DNA of 64,000 bases, taken from assembly GCF_965284355.1 (NCBI RefSeq), contig NZ_OZ260078.1, positions 1,199,111 to 1,263,110 on the forward strand. The letters are read 5' to 3'. The notes below the pieces were generated by a model. It saw nothing but the letters and a program-made list of their open reading frames with translations, was not told the origin of the DNA and searched no databases. Below are positions 42,662 through 51,552 of this stretch, in pieces. Origin of the DNA: Phenylobacterium sp. Lineage in GTDB: Bacteria > Pseudomonadota > Alphaproteobacteria > Caulobacterales > Caulobacteraceae. Positions within the stretch are counted from its first letter, which is position 1, and each line of letters starts with the position of its first letter. The position numbers and the translations under genes were made by a program.

Positions 42662-44257
42662 TCAGAACTTCCGGCGTCGTGCGTCCTTCAGCATTCCGGC
42701 CGCCGCGTTGTGGCCGGGGGCGCCGGTGACGCCGCCGCCGGGATGCGTGCCCGCGCCGCACAGGTAGAGGCCCCGGATGGGGCTGCGGTAGTCGCCGGCG
42801 CCCAGCACCGGGCGGGCCGAGAACAGCTGATCCAGGCTGAGGCGACCGTGCATGATGTCGCCGTTCACGAGGCCGAAGGTGCGTTCGAGGTCCAGGGGCG
42901 ACAGCACCTGGCGGCCCAGGACCGACTTCGCGAAGCCCGGGGCGTGCCTGTCGACCGTGGCGATCATCAGGTCGGCGACCTCGTCGCGATGGTCGTCCCA
43001 GGACCGGCCGCCGGGCAGGTCATGGGCGACGTGCTGGCAGAACAGGCTGGCCACGTGCTGGCCCGTGGGGGCCAGGCTGTCGTCCAGGGTGGACGGGATC
43101 AGCACCTCGACGATGGGGTCCTTCGACCAGCCGTGGACGCGGGCGTCGTCGTAGGCGCGCTCCATGTAGGCGAGCGAGGGGGCGATGATGATGCCGGCGG
43201 TCAGGTGGTCGCCGGGATCCGGCTTCACGGTGAAGCGGGGCAGCTCGCTGAGCGCCACGTTCATGCGGAAGGTGCCTGAGCCCGAGCGGTAGCGGGCGAT
43301 GCGTTCCTGGAAGTCGGCGGGCTGGGCTCCCGGCGCCATCAGCTTCTGGAAGGTGAGCTGGGGGTGCAGGTTGGAGACGACGGCGCGGGCCGGCAGGGTC
43401 TCGCCGGACGTGGTGACCACGCCCGTGGCCCGGCCCTTTTCGGTCAGGATCTCGGCGACGGCGACGTCGGTGCGGAGTTCGACGCCGCGCTCGCGGCAGC
43501 AGGCGGCCATGGCCTGGCTGATCGCGCCCATGCCGCCGATGGCGTGGCCCCAGGCGCCCTTCTTGCCGTTCACCTCGCCGAACACGTGGTGCAGCAGCAC
43601 ATAGGCCGAGCCCGGCGTGTAGGGGCTGGCGAAGTTGCCGACGACGCCGTCGAAGCCGTAGGCCGCCTTGATCGGCGCGCTCTCGAACCAGCCGTCCAGC
43701 CAGTCACCGGCCGACTGCGAGAACAGGGCCAGGAGGTCGCGCTTGGCGGTGAGGTCCAGCTTGGAGAGCTTGCGGCCCAGCACGGCGCTCTTGAGCAGCT
43801 CGGGCAGCGCCTGGGCGAAGCCGCCCTCGACCAGGTTGGGCGGCGTCACGAGGACCAGCTCGCGCAGAACGTCGGCGATGCGGTCCAGGCGGGCCCAGTA
43901 GGCGGGCAGCCGCTCGGCGTCCTTCACCGAGAAGCGGGCGGTCTCGGCCTGGGTGATCCCGTCGCCGACGCTGAAGCTGTCGCCGTCCAGGGGCAGGAAG
44001 TTGGAGACCTTGCGCTCGACCACCTTCAGGCCGTGGCGGTGCAGCTCCAGGTCGGCGATGACCTGCGGGTTCAGCAGCGAGACGGTGTAGCTGGCCACGG
44101 AATTGCGGAAGCCGGGGTGGAATTCCTCGGTCACCGCCGCGCCGCCCAGCACGCCCCGGCGCTCCAGCACCGTCACCTTCAGCCCGGCCTTGGCCAAGTA
44201 GGCCGCGCAGGTGAGGCCGTTGTGGCCCCCGCCGACCACGATCACATCGGTTGTCAT
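42662..44257 (-). CDS. Phytoene-desaturase-family NAD(P)/FAD-dependent oxidoreductase
   Basis: 531 aa with the N-terminal dinucleotide fold DVIVVGGGHNGLTCAAYLAKAG and the C-terminal LYLCGAGTHPGGGVTG. Confidence 0.85.
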   Translation of the reverse strand: MTTDVIVVGGGHNGLTCAAYLAKAGLKVTVLERRGVLGGAAVTEEFHPGFRNSVASYTVSLLNPQVIADLELHRHGLKVVERKVSNFLPLDGDSFSVGDGITQAETARFSVKDAERLPAYWARLDRIADVLRELVLVTPPNLVEGGFAQALPELLKSAVLGRKLSKLDLTAKRDLLALFSQSAGDWLDGWFESAPIKAAYGFDGVVGNFASPYTPGSAYVLLHHVFGEVNGKKGAWGHAIGGMGAISQAMAACCRERGVELRTDVAVAEILTEKGRATGVVTTSGETLPARAVVSNLHPQLTFQKLMAPGAQPADFQERIARYRSGSGTFRMNVALSELPRFTVKPDPGDHLTAGIIIAPSLAYMERAYDDARVHGWSKDPIVEVLIPSTLDDSLAPTGQHVASLFCQHVAHDLPGGRSWDDHRDEVADLMIATVDRHAPGFAKSVLGRQVLSPLDLERTFGLVNGDIMHGRLSLDQLFSARPVLGAGDYRSPIRGLYLCGAGTHPGGGVTGAPGHNAAAGMLKDARRRKF

Positions 44258-44475
44258 GGCCGCCGGATGACACGGCGGCGGGCGGCGGGCAACTGGGGGG
44301 CCGGTTTCGCTTGCCCGCGGGGCGGCTCACGTTATCCTGGCCACAGGTATCGGGTCGCGCATCGCCGCGACCGGGCTGGCGCACCCGCAGCGAATTCAGG
44401 CTGCGAACGCGAACCCAGTCAGGCGTCCGTCGATAACCTGGCGCCACGACCGCTAACCCCAACCGGGAGGCCGCC

Positions 44476-45672
44476 GTGGCGCGCAAACTCACGTTCGAAT
44501 TCCTCCGCACGGAGGCCGCGTCGGCCGGCGTGCTCGCAGCCGCCGCCGTGGCCGCGCTGATCGTGGCGAACTCGCCCCTGGCAGGCGACTACTTCGCCCT
44601 GCTGAAGAGCGAGCACGCCCTCGCCCTCGGACCGTTGTCGTTGACCCTTTCGGTCTCGGACTGGATCAAGGAAGGGCTGATGTCGCTGTTCTTCCTGGTC
44701 GTCGGCCTGGAGATCAAGCACGAGATCCTGCGGGGCGAACTGAGCGATCCGCGCAAGCTGGCCACGCCGGTGATCGCCGCCCTGGGCGGGATGATCGGGC
44801 CGGTCGCGGTCTACCTCACCCTGTCGGGCGTCCTGGGCGCGCCGCATGCCGGCTGGCCGATCCCGGTGGCCACGGACATCGCCTTCGCGCTGGGGGTCCT
44901 GGCGCTGGTGGGTCGAGGGCTGCCCCCGTCCCTGCGGATCTTCCTGCTGACGCTGGCCATCGTCGACGACCTGGGCGCCATCGTGCTGATCGGCGCCCTC
45001 TACAGCGGCGGGACCGATTGGACGATGGCCGGGGCGGCGGCGGGACTGCTGGCCGCCATCGCGCTGGCGGCCCGCCTGGGCAAGATGCCGTCGCCGTTCT
45101 GGATCATCGGATTCGCCGCCATCTGGTGGTGCACCGTCCTTTCGGGACTGAGCACCTCGCTGGCCGCCGTCGCGTTCGCCGTCATCGTGCCGCTGAAACC
45201 CCGGCGCGAGGATCACCAGAGCCCGCTGCAGGAAGCCATGCACGACCTGCACCCCTACAACGCCTTCCTCGTGCTGCCGCTGTTCGCCTTCGCCAAGGCG
45301 GGGGTTTCGATGGCCGGGCTGGGGATGGAGCAGGCGCTGGCCCCGCTGGTCATCGCCATCGCCCTGGGGCTGTTCCTGGGCAAGCAGACCGGGGTGCTGG
45401 GCGCCGTGTGGCTGGTCACAAAGCTGAGGCTGGGCGAGCGGCCTGCGGGCGCCACGTGGTTGCAGCTCTATGGGGTGAGCCTGCTGTGCGGCATCGGCTT
45501 CACCATGAGCCTGTTCATCGGGGCGCTCGCCTTCCCCGGCCAGGCCACCGACCTGCAGACCGAGGTCAAGCTGGGCGTGCTCGGGGGCAGCGTGCTGTCG
45601 GCCATCGCCGCGAGCGTGGTGCTGACCCTGGCGCGGCGCGCCAAGGCGGCGACGCCGGCGGAGGGTGTCTGA
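44476..45672 (+). CDS. nhaA: Na+/H+ antiporter NhaA
   Basis: 398 aa with conserved WIKEGLMSLFFLVVGLEIKHE and VATDIAFALGVLAL. GTG start with a GGGAGG Shine-Dalgarno. Confidence 0.9.
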   Translation: MARKLTFEFLRTEAASAGVLAAAAVAALIVANSPLAGDYFALLKSEHALALGPLSLTLSVSDWIKEGLMSLFFLVVGLEIKHEILRGELSDPRKLATPVIAALGGMIGPVAVYLTLSGVLGAPHAGWPIPVATDIAFALGVLALVGRGLPPSLRIFLLTLAIVDDLGAIVLIGALYSGGTDWTMAGAAAGLLAAIALAARLGKMPSPFWIIGFAAIWWCTVLSGLSTSLAAVAFAVIVPLKPRREDHQSPLQEAMHDLHPYNAFLVLPLFAFAKAGVSMAGLGMEQALAPLVIAIALGLFLGKQTGVLGAVWLVTKLRLGERPAGATWLQLYGVSLLCGIGFTMSLFIGALAFPGQATDLQTEVKLGVLGGSVLSAIAASVVLTLARRAKAATPAEGV

Positions 45673-46067
45673 TGTCCGTCGAGGCCTGGGCGCTGTTCGG
45701 CGCGATGATCCTGGGTCTGGTCCACCTGACGGCGGCCTCGTTCACCTTCAAGGCGCAGGTCGGCAACGCCTACTCGGTCGGCGCCCGGGACGAGGATCTG
45801 CAGCCATCCGGCGTGGCGGGGCGCCTGGCGCGGGCGCAGAGGAATTTCCTGGAGACCTTTCCGATCTTCGCCGCGGCGGTGCTGCTGCTGGAGCATCTGG
45901 AGAGGACCGGGACAACGCTGGGGGTGTGGGGCGCAGCGATGTACCTGACGGGGCGTATGCTGTTCCTGCCCCTCTACGCGGCCGGCCTGCCCTGGATCCG
46001 CACGTTCAGCTGGAACTTCGCCTCCCTGGGCCTGGCGATGGTGCTGGCCGCGGTGGTGTGGCGGTAA
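45672..46067 (+). CDS. MAPEG-family membrane protein
   Basis: 131 aa with about four TM segments and RAQRNFLETFPIFAA. Its start overlaps the nhaA stop (TGATG). Confidence 0.75.
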   Translation: MSVEAWALFGAMILGLVHLTAASFTFKAQVGNAYSVGARDEDLQPSGVAGRLARAQRNFLETFPIFAAAVLLLEHLERTGTTLGVWGAAMYLTGRMLFLPLYAAGLPWIRTFSWNFASLGLAMVLAAVVWR

Positions 46068-46082
46068 GATCGGTCGCAGCGG

Positions 46083-46715
46083 TCAATCCGCGAAGAGCGC
46101 CCGGGCCGTGAACGTCGCTGCGACGGCGCCCGCGAGCTGGGCGGCGATGAAGGCCGGAGCTGACGTCGGGTCGATACCCGCAAACGTATCCGACAGGCTG
46201 CGAGCCACGGTCACCGCCGGATTGGCGAAGGACGTCGAGGCGGTGAACCAGTAGGCGGCGGTGATGTAGAGGCCGACGGCGACGGACGTGAAATCCGGCC
46301 GGAAGCGGATCGTCCCCAGGATCGTCAGGACAAGGCCGAAGGTGGCCAAGGCCTCTGAGAAGGCCTGAGCCGGGCCGTCGCGCAGCTTGGTCGACACCTG
46401 CAGGATCGGCTCAGCGAACATCACGTGGGCCGCGTAGACGCCCGCGATGGCGCCGGCGACCTGGGCGGCGAGATAGGCCGCCGCGAGCCCCCAGCCGATC
46501 TCGCGGCGCAGCGCGGACACGAGGGTGACCGCAGGGTTGAAGTGGGCGCCCGACAGCGACCCGAAGATGGTGATCAGCACCACCAGCGCTGCGCCCGTGG
46601 CGAGGGTGTTGCCCAGCAGCGCGATGGCGACGTTTCCGCCGGCCAGCGTTTCGCCCATGATCCCGGAGCCTACGACCACCGCCAGCAGCAGCGCCGTGCC
46701 CAGCGCTTCGGCCAT
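46083..46715 (-). CDS. MIP/aquaporin-family channel in an arsenic-resistance context (probable arsenite channel)
   Basis: Two NPA boxes (HFNPAVT and FANPAVT). ATG at 46715, with a possible upstream GTG at 46775 that overlaps arsR. The 449-aa track ORF is an over-extension. Confidence 0.85.
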   Translation of the reverse strand: MAEALGTALLLAVVVGSGIMGETLAGGNVAIALLGNTLATGAALVVLITIFGSLSGAHFNPAVTLVSALRREIGWGLAAAYLAAQVAGAIAGVYAAHVMFAEPILQVSTKLRDGPAQAFSEALATFGLVLTILGTIRFRPDFTSVAVGLYITAAYWFTASTSFANPAVTVARSLSDTFAGIDPTSAPAFIAAQLAGAVAATFTARALFAD

Positions 46716-46768
46716 GACGCGGCGGCCGGGACCGACGGGTTCTTGTTGCGGCTCCAGGCTCGCCGCTG

Positions 46769-47122
46769 TCAGCACTTGGCGCCTTCCGCGGCGCATCCGG
46801 CGCCGGCCTGAGCCGCCAGCGGGGCGCAGATCTCGGGCTTGCCGGCGCAGCAGTCCTCCATGAGGAACGCCAGCAGGCCCCGCATCTGTTCGTAGGCGGC
46901 GCGGTAGATGATCGATCGGCCGTCGCGGCGCGAGACGATAAGCCCTGCGTTCGACAGGATCGTCAGGTTGGCCGACAGGCTGCTCTGCGGGCTGCCGGTG
47001 GTCCGCGCGATCTCGCCAGCGGCCATCCCGTCGGGCCCCGCCTGCACCAGCAGACGGAACACGTCGAGACGGCCGGGATGAGCGAGCGCGCCGAGGCCGC
47101 GGATGGCTTCGTCTTTTTCCAT
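46769..47122 (-). CDS. arsR: ArsR/SmtB-family metalloregulator
   Basis: 117 aa with a winged HTH (LAHPGRLDVFRLL...IARTTGSPQSSLSANLTILSNAGLI) and a C-terminal Cys cluster CCAGKPEIC of the C-terminal ArsR As(III)-site type. Confidence 0.85.
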   Translation of the reverse strand: MEKDEAIRGLGALAHPGRLDVFRLLVQAGPDGMAAGEIARTTGSPQSSLSANLTILSNAGLIVSRRDGRSIIYRAAYEQMRGLLAFLMEDCCAGKPEICAPLAAQAGAGCAAEGAKC

Positions 47123-47123
47123 T

Positions 47124-47139
47124 ATTCTGGAATATCAGA
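47124..47139. promoter_or_regulatory. Operator-like inverted repeat TTCTG-GAATAT-CAGAA adjacent to the arsR start
   Basis: 5-bp arms with a GAATAT spacer. A near-identical motif is found upstream of arsI. Confidence 0.4.
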
Positions 47140-47169
47140 ACAATTGAGTCGCAGCCCAGAGCTTTTGTG

Positions 47170-47652
47170 TCAGCAGCAGGCGCCGGCGGAGGTCGGGACC
47201 GGCTCGGCCTTCGGGGCCGGGGCGCCGCAGCAGGCGGTGGCCGGCGTCTGGGCCTCGAGCGCCGCCAGGGCGTCACTCGCGCCGTAGGTGGTCGCCTCGC
47301 CGAACGTATAGAAGGTTTCCCAGCGCAGGCCGGCCGGATCGGCGACCCAGCTCTTGTCGGACTGGGCGTAGCAGCAGGTGGTGGCTTCCTCGTCGAAGGT
47401 CTGGGCGCCGGCGTCCTTGAGGCGGCCCGCAAGCTCGGCGAGTTCGGCGTTCGAATCCACCTGGATGCCCACGTGGTCGAGGCCCGCGGCGCGGTCGCGC
47501 TGCGAGATGGCGAAATTCACCTTGGGGTCGTCGAGCATCCACTTGGCGTAGTCGTCCTTCACCACGCTCGGCTTCGCGCCGAACAGGGTTTCGTAGAACT
47601 GGATGGACTGGTCGAGGTCGGGCACGCTGACGTGCAGGTGGAGGCGCTTCAT
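47170..47652 (-). CDS. arsI: ArsI/CadI-family VOC metalloenzyme (candidate organoarsenical C-As lyase)
   Basis: 160 aa with a glyoxalase/VOC fold (MKRLHLHVSV...GLDHVGIQV), the vicinal Cys pair TCCYA and a Cys-rich tail (ACC...ACC). Confidence 0.75.
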   Translation of the reverse strand: MKRLHLHVSVPDLDQSIQFYETLFGAKPSVVKDDYAKWMLDDPKVNFAISQRDRAAGLDHVGIQVDSNAELAELAGRLKDAGAQTFDEEATTCCYAQSDKSWVADPAGLRWETFYTFGEATTYGASDALAALEAQTPATACCGAPAPKAEPVPTSAGACC

Positions 47653-47691
47653 GAGGTAGGGCTCCGGTTTCGAACTGATGTCTTTCTATAT

Positions 47692-47707
47692 TTCTAGAAT
47701 ATTCGAA
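47692..47707. promoter_or_regulatory. Operator-like motif TTCTA-GAATAT-TCGAA upstream of arsI
   Basis: It shares the TTCTnGAATATnnGAA pattern with 47124-47139 and sits in an A/T-rich gap 40-55 nt upstream of the arsI ATG. Confidence 0.4.
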
Positions 47708-47801
47708 TCGTCAAGCGGCGCCGCTGGGAAAATGCGTGCGCCGCCGCATGGCGAGCCCGAGTTGGAGCGGAACAATAGGGCTCGCGAGCCATTCCGCGTG
47801 C

Positions 47802-48815
47802 ATGGCCCGGCTCGCGATCCGACATGAGACGTTCTACGGCTACGACCGACCGGTTTCGTTCGGCCTGCACCGGCTGCTGGTGCGGCCGCGCGACAGCCAC
47901 GCCATCCGGGTGACCGAGGCCCTGCTGACCGTCTCGCCGCCCGGCGAGACCCGCTGGGTCTACGATGCGCTGGGCAACTCGGTGTGCTGCTTCACGCCTC
48001 AGGGGCAGTCGAGCGGACTGTCGATCGTCAGCGAACTGGTGATCGAGCGCTTCCCGGCCCAGTTGTCGGACGTGCGGATCGAGGATCCGCAGACGGCGAC
48101 CCCCATCGTCTATGCCCCGACCGACCGCGCCGTGCTGGCCCCCTTCCTGGATCCCGTCACGGAGGACGCCAACGGCGACCTGCTGAAGTGGCTCCGCAAC
48201 CTGGTGGGCAGCCCCCACGAGCCCGCGCTGGATTCGCTGATGCGGCTGAACCAGTACATCCACGACACCTTCGATTACGAAGCGAGAGACATGGGCGCGG
48301 CCCAGGACCCGGCGCATACGGTGCGGATGGGATCTGGCACGTGCCGCGACTTCGCCTGGCTGATGGTCGAATCGCTGCGCCGGCTGGGCTACGCGGCGCG
48401 GTTCGTGACCGGCTATCTCTATTGCCCGGCGAACGCGGGGATGCGCGGCGCGGGCGCGACGCATGCGTGGTGCGAGGCTTTCCTGCCCGACCTGGGCTGG
48501 ACCGAGTTCGATCCCACCAACGCGCTGGTCGAGAGCCCCGACCTGATCCCCGTGGCCGTCGCCCGCAGGCCGGCCGAAGCCGCCCCGGTGTCTGGGACAA
48601 TCTTCGGCGACCCGGGCGGCGCCTACCTCAGCGTTCACGTGGATGTGCGCGCCGTCGATTCGCTTCCCGGCGCCGCTTCGGTCATGGATTTCAGCAGCGA
48701 AGACATGTGGAAAGGCGGCCGCCATGACTCACGGCTTCCAACAGCAGGGCAAAATGCTGGGGCTGGCGTTCCCGAAATCGGCCGCCATGCCGCAACACGG
48801 GCAGAAGCCCCCTGA
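47802..48815 (+). CDS. Transglutaminase-like family protein (Bact_transglu_N plus transglutaminase core)
   Basis: N-terminus MARLAIRHETFYGYDRPV and a catalytic Cys context GSGTCRDFAWLMV, followed by THAWCEAF and EFDPTN. Confidence 0.8.
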   Translation: MARLAIRHETFYGYDRPVSFGLHRLLVRPRDSHAIRVTEALLTVSPPGETRWVYDALGNSVCCFTPQGQSSGLSIVSELVIERFPAQLSDVRIEDPQTATPIVYAPTDRAVLAPFLDPVTEDANGDLLKWLRNLVGSPHEPALDSLMRLNQYIHDTFDYEARDMGAAQDPAHTVRMGSGTCRDFAWLMVESLRRLGYAARFVTGYLYCPANAGMRGAGATHAWCEAFLPDLGWTEFDPTNALVESPDLIPVAVARRPAEAAPVSGTIFGDPGGAYLSVHVDVRAVDSLPGAASVMDFSSEDMWKGGRHDSRLPTAGQNAGAGVPEIGRHAATRAEAP

Positions 48816-48921
48816 GAAGCCCCTGCCCGTCCGCGCGCCACGCAGCTATAAGCCGCGTCCGGGACACTGATCCTTCCGTACAGACGGCGAGCCCCAGTTG
48901 GCCGCGAAAGAGGATGACAGC

Positions 48922-49527
48922 ATGAGCCTGGTTTTGGGTCGTCGCGAACTGCTGACCGCGGGCGTGGGCCTGCTGGTCCCCAGTGCAGCTCTGGCGGCGC
49001 CGCCGCCGCGACTGTCCTTCGCGGTGTTTCGCAATGGAACCAAGGTGGGCGAGCACGTCATCAATTTCTCGGGCGACGACGATGCGCGCACGCTGACCAC
49101 CGACGTGAACATGGTGGTCAAGGTCGGGCCGGTGCCGGTCTACAAGTACAAGCACACGGCGGTCGAGAAGTGGGCCGGCGGCAAGTTCGTCAGCGTCGAG
49201 ACGACCACCAACGGCAACGGCAAGATCACGAAGGCCTCGGCGCGGGCCATGGGCGGGTACGTGGCGATCACCGGCCCCACCGGCGCCTCGCGCGGGCCGG
49301 CCGACGCGGCGCCGCTTAGCCACTGGAACCAGGCCAGCTTCGGGCGGCCCCTGTTCAACCAGCAGGAAGGCAAGATGCTGAAGGTGACCTGCACCCGTGT
49401 GAAGCCCGGCCACTGGCAGATCCGCGGCGAAGCCGAGATCGACGACTTCTATGACGCGAACGGCAACTGGCTGGCGCTGCGTGGCAAGCTCGAGGACGGC
49501 TCGAAGCTGGAATACAAGCGCATCTGA
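48922..49527 (+). CDS. Secreted protein of unknown function (DUF6134-like, tentative)
   Basis: Tat-type signal GRRELLTAGVGLLVPSAALA and a beta-rich mature region. Confidence 0.55.
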   Translation: MSLVLGRRELLTAGVGLLVPSAALAAPPPRLSFAVFRNGTKVGEHVINFSGDDDARTLTTDVNMVVKVGPVPVYKYKHTAVEKWAGGKFVSVETTTNGNGKITKASARAMGGYVAITGPTGASRGPADAAPLSHWNQASFGRPLFNQQEGKMLKVTCTRVKPGHWQIRGEAEIDDFYDANGNWLALRGKLEDGSKLEYKRI

Positions 49528-49729
49528 CCGCGCGCGAGGGGTCCTCGCTTCCTTCCCTTCCGGACGGTGAGGCGGGAGCCGTTGCGTGGCCGGCTTGGCC
49601 GTGCCTAACTCCACCCATGTGTCCCGGCTACGAACGCCTCAGGGGTTAAGAGCCCCCGCCGAACCCAAGGCTCCCCGCACGCTGCGGGCGTGAGCCTTTG
49701 CGCGCACCCCTTTCCCGGGCGTTCCTTCG

Positions 49730-50887
49730 ATGAGCTTCTTCTCCAACGCGGCGGTGAACCGCCTCAATCTGCATTCCGGCATCCAGACGCTGGCCCAGGA
49801 GGCCGGCGGCATATTCATCCTGGTCTTCCTGCTGAAGGCGGGCGTTCCGGCCCCGCTGGTGCTGTGTTCGATGGCGGCGATGACCGCCGGCCGCTTTGTG
49901 CTGCGGCCCTTTGTCCTGCCGATCGCGCGGCGTCTCGGCCTGCGCACCACGCTGGTCCTGGGGACCCTGATGGAAGCGGCCGTCTTCCCGATCCTGCCGT
50001 TCGTGAAGGGCGTGGACGGAGCGTTCCTGGCCATGGTGCTCGTGAGCCCGCTGGGCAGCGTGCTCTACTGGACCTGCTATCACGCCTACTTCGCCGCCGT
50101 GGGCGACGACGAGCATCGGGGCGGTCAGGTGGCGGTGCGCACGGCGCTGATGGCGCTGGTCGGCATCGGCGCGCCGCTGCTGGGCGGCTGGGCGCTGTTC
50201 CTGGGCGGGCCATGGCTGGCCTTCCCGGCCGCGGGCGTGCTCCAGATGCTGGCGGCCCTGCCGCTGCTGGGCGCGCCGCAGGTGGCCGTGGCCCCGGCGG
50301 CCCCGGGCGGCTTCCGCGTCGCCTGGATGGGCTCGGCGCTGATGGCGTGCGACGGCATCTTCGCGGGCGGCTACCACTATGTCTGGCAGGTCGCGCTGTT
50401 CATTGCCCTGGGCGAGAGCTTCACCGCCTATGGCGGGGCAATGGCGCTCTCGGCGTTGGCGGGGACCGTCTTCACGCTGTGGATCGGCAGGCACATCGAC
50501 GCCGGCAAGGGCCGATCGGCCATCCTCATCGCCTTTGTCGTGGCGGCCGGCGTGCTGGCGCTGCGCGGCGTCAGCCTGGGCTCACCCTGGCTCGCGGTGA
50601 CCGCCAATGCGCTGGGGGCGCTGGTGGTGGCGGTCTGGGTCCCGGCGCTGATGGCCCCGATCTACAACCTCGCCAAGGCCTCGCCCTGCCCCCTGCGGTT
50701 CAGCGTGGCGACCGAGTGCGGCTGGGACATCGGCTGCGGCGTGTCGTGCCTGGTGGGCGCGGCGATCGTGGCCAGCGGGGCGACCTATGCAGCGCCGATC
50801 CTGATCGGCCTGGTGGGCGTCACCATGGCCTCGGGGCTGCTGTGGAGGCGCTACGGCGCCTCGGGCCCCACGGCGTTGAGCACATAG
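49730..50887 (+). CDS. MFS-like polytopic membrane transporter
   Basis: 385 aa with about 12 hydrophobic segments and no diagnostic motif beyond topology. Confidence 0.65.
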   Translation: MSFFSNAAVNRLNLHSGIQTLAQEAGGIFILVFLLKAGVPAPLVLCSMAAMTAGRFVLRPFVLPIARRLGLRTTLVLGTLMEAAVFPILPFVKGVDGAFLAMVLVSPLGSVLYWTCYHAYFAAVGDDEHRGGQVAVRTALMALVGIGAPLLGGWALFLGGPWLAFPAAGVLQMLAALPLLGAPQVAVAPAAPGGFRVAWMGSALMACDGIFAGGYHYVWQVALFIALGESFTAYGGAMALSALAGTVFTLWIGRHIDAGKGRSAILIAFVVAAGVLALRGVSLGSPWLAVTANALGALVVAVWVPALMAPIYNLAKASPCPLRFSVATECGWDIGCGVSCLVGAAIVASGATYAAPILIGLVGVTMASGLLWRRYGASGPTALST

Positions 50888-51318
50888 GCGTCGAAGGCGG
50901 CCCGGGCGGTGGTGAGGCAGCCGTCGACCTGGGCCACCGTCACGATGCCGTCGAACTTGCTGAGGTCGGCGTCGGGGCAGACCTTGTCCATGCTGGGCGC
51001 GGCGCGGCGCACGCGGGCGGGCGCCACCAGCAGCTTCAGCACCTGGACGCGGCTCTCGTTGACGCTGGCCAGCTGGGTGCGGGGCGCGCGGACGGGCGCC
51101 GCGGCGCCGGCCAGCCGGGTGACCTGGCCCGCGGTGTCGACCAGCACGACGCTGCGGCCCTGGGCGATCTGCAGGCTCTCGCCGCTGGCCACCTCGCGGC
51201 CGCGCACGATCGCGGGATCGGTGGACGACACGACGACAAAGTCGGCGGCGGCGGCGGCGCCGGCAAGGCCGGCGGCCAGCGCCAGGCCGAGGATCAGACT
51301 ACGCAAGGGCGCCTCCAC
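50851..51318 (-). CDS. Secreted hypothetical protein
   Basis: 155 aa with a signal peptide (LILGLALAAGLAGAAAAA) and GC-rich third codon positions. It overlaps the convergent MFS-like gene by 37 nt. Confidence 0.5.
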   Translation of the reverse strand: MEAPLRSLILGLALAAGLAGAAAAADFVVVSSTDPAIVRGREVASGESLQIAQGRSVVLVDTAGQVTRLAGAAAPVRAPRTQLASVNESRVQVLKLLVAPARVRRAAPSMDKVCPDADLSKFDGIVTVAQVDGCLTTARAAFDAYVLNAVGPEAP

Positions 51319-51552
51319 TGGACCGGCGGCGACTCTGGCGACCGTGGGCTGTACGTCAAGCGCTTGCCCCCGTCACGCGACCTGGCGGAAACCGAAAACT
51401 TCGTATGGCGCAGGCCGCTCTGGGCGTTGCGCCGTCGGCAAATCCCCCTAGCATTGGAACAGGGTGCTCCGCGCGCGGACCGCACTTTCGAAATTTCGTT
51501 GCTTTCAGGGAGCCGTGAAGCCGGGCGCCAAGACCCCGGCGGTGCGGGCTAA

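Noticed and set aside
46716-47432. N-terminal extension of the aquaporin ORF (449 aa in the track)
   Set aside because: The extension runs through arsR and arsI in a different frame with Arg/Pro-rich sequence. The MIP core starts at ATG 46715, or at most at GTG 46775.
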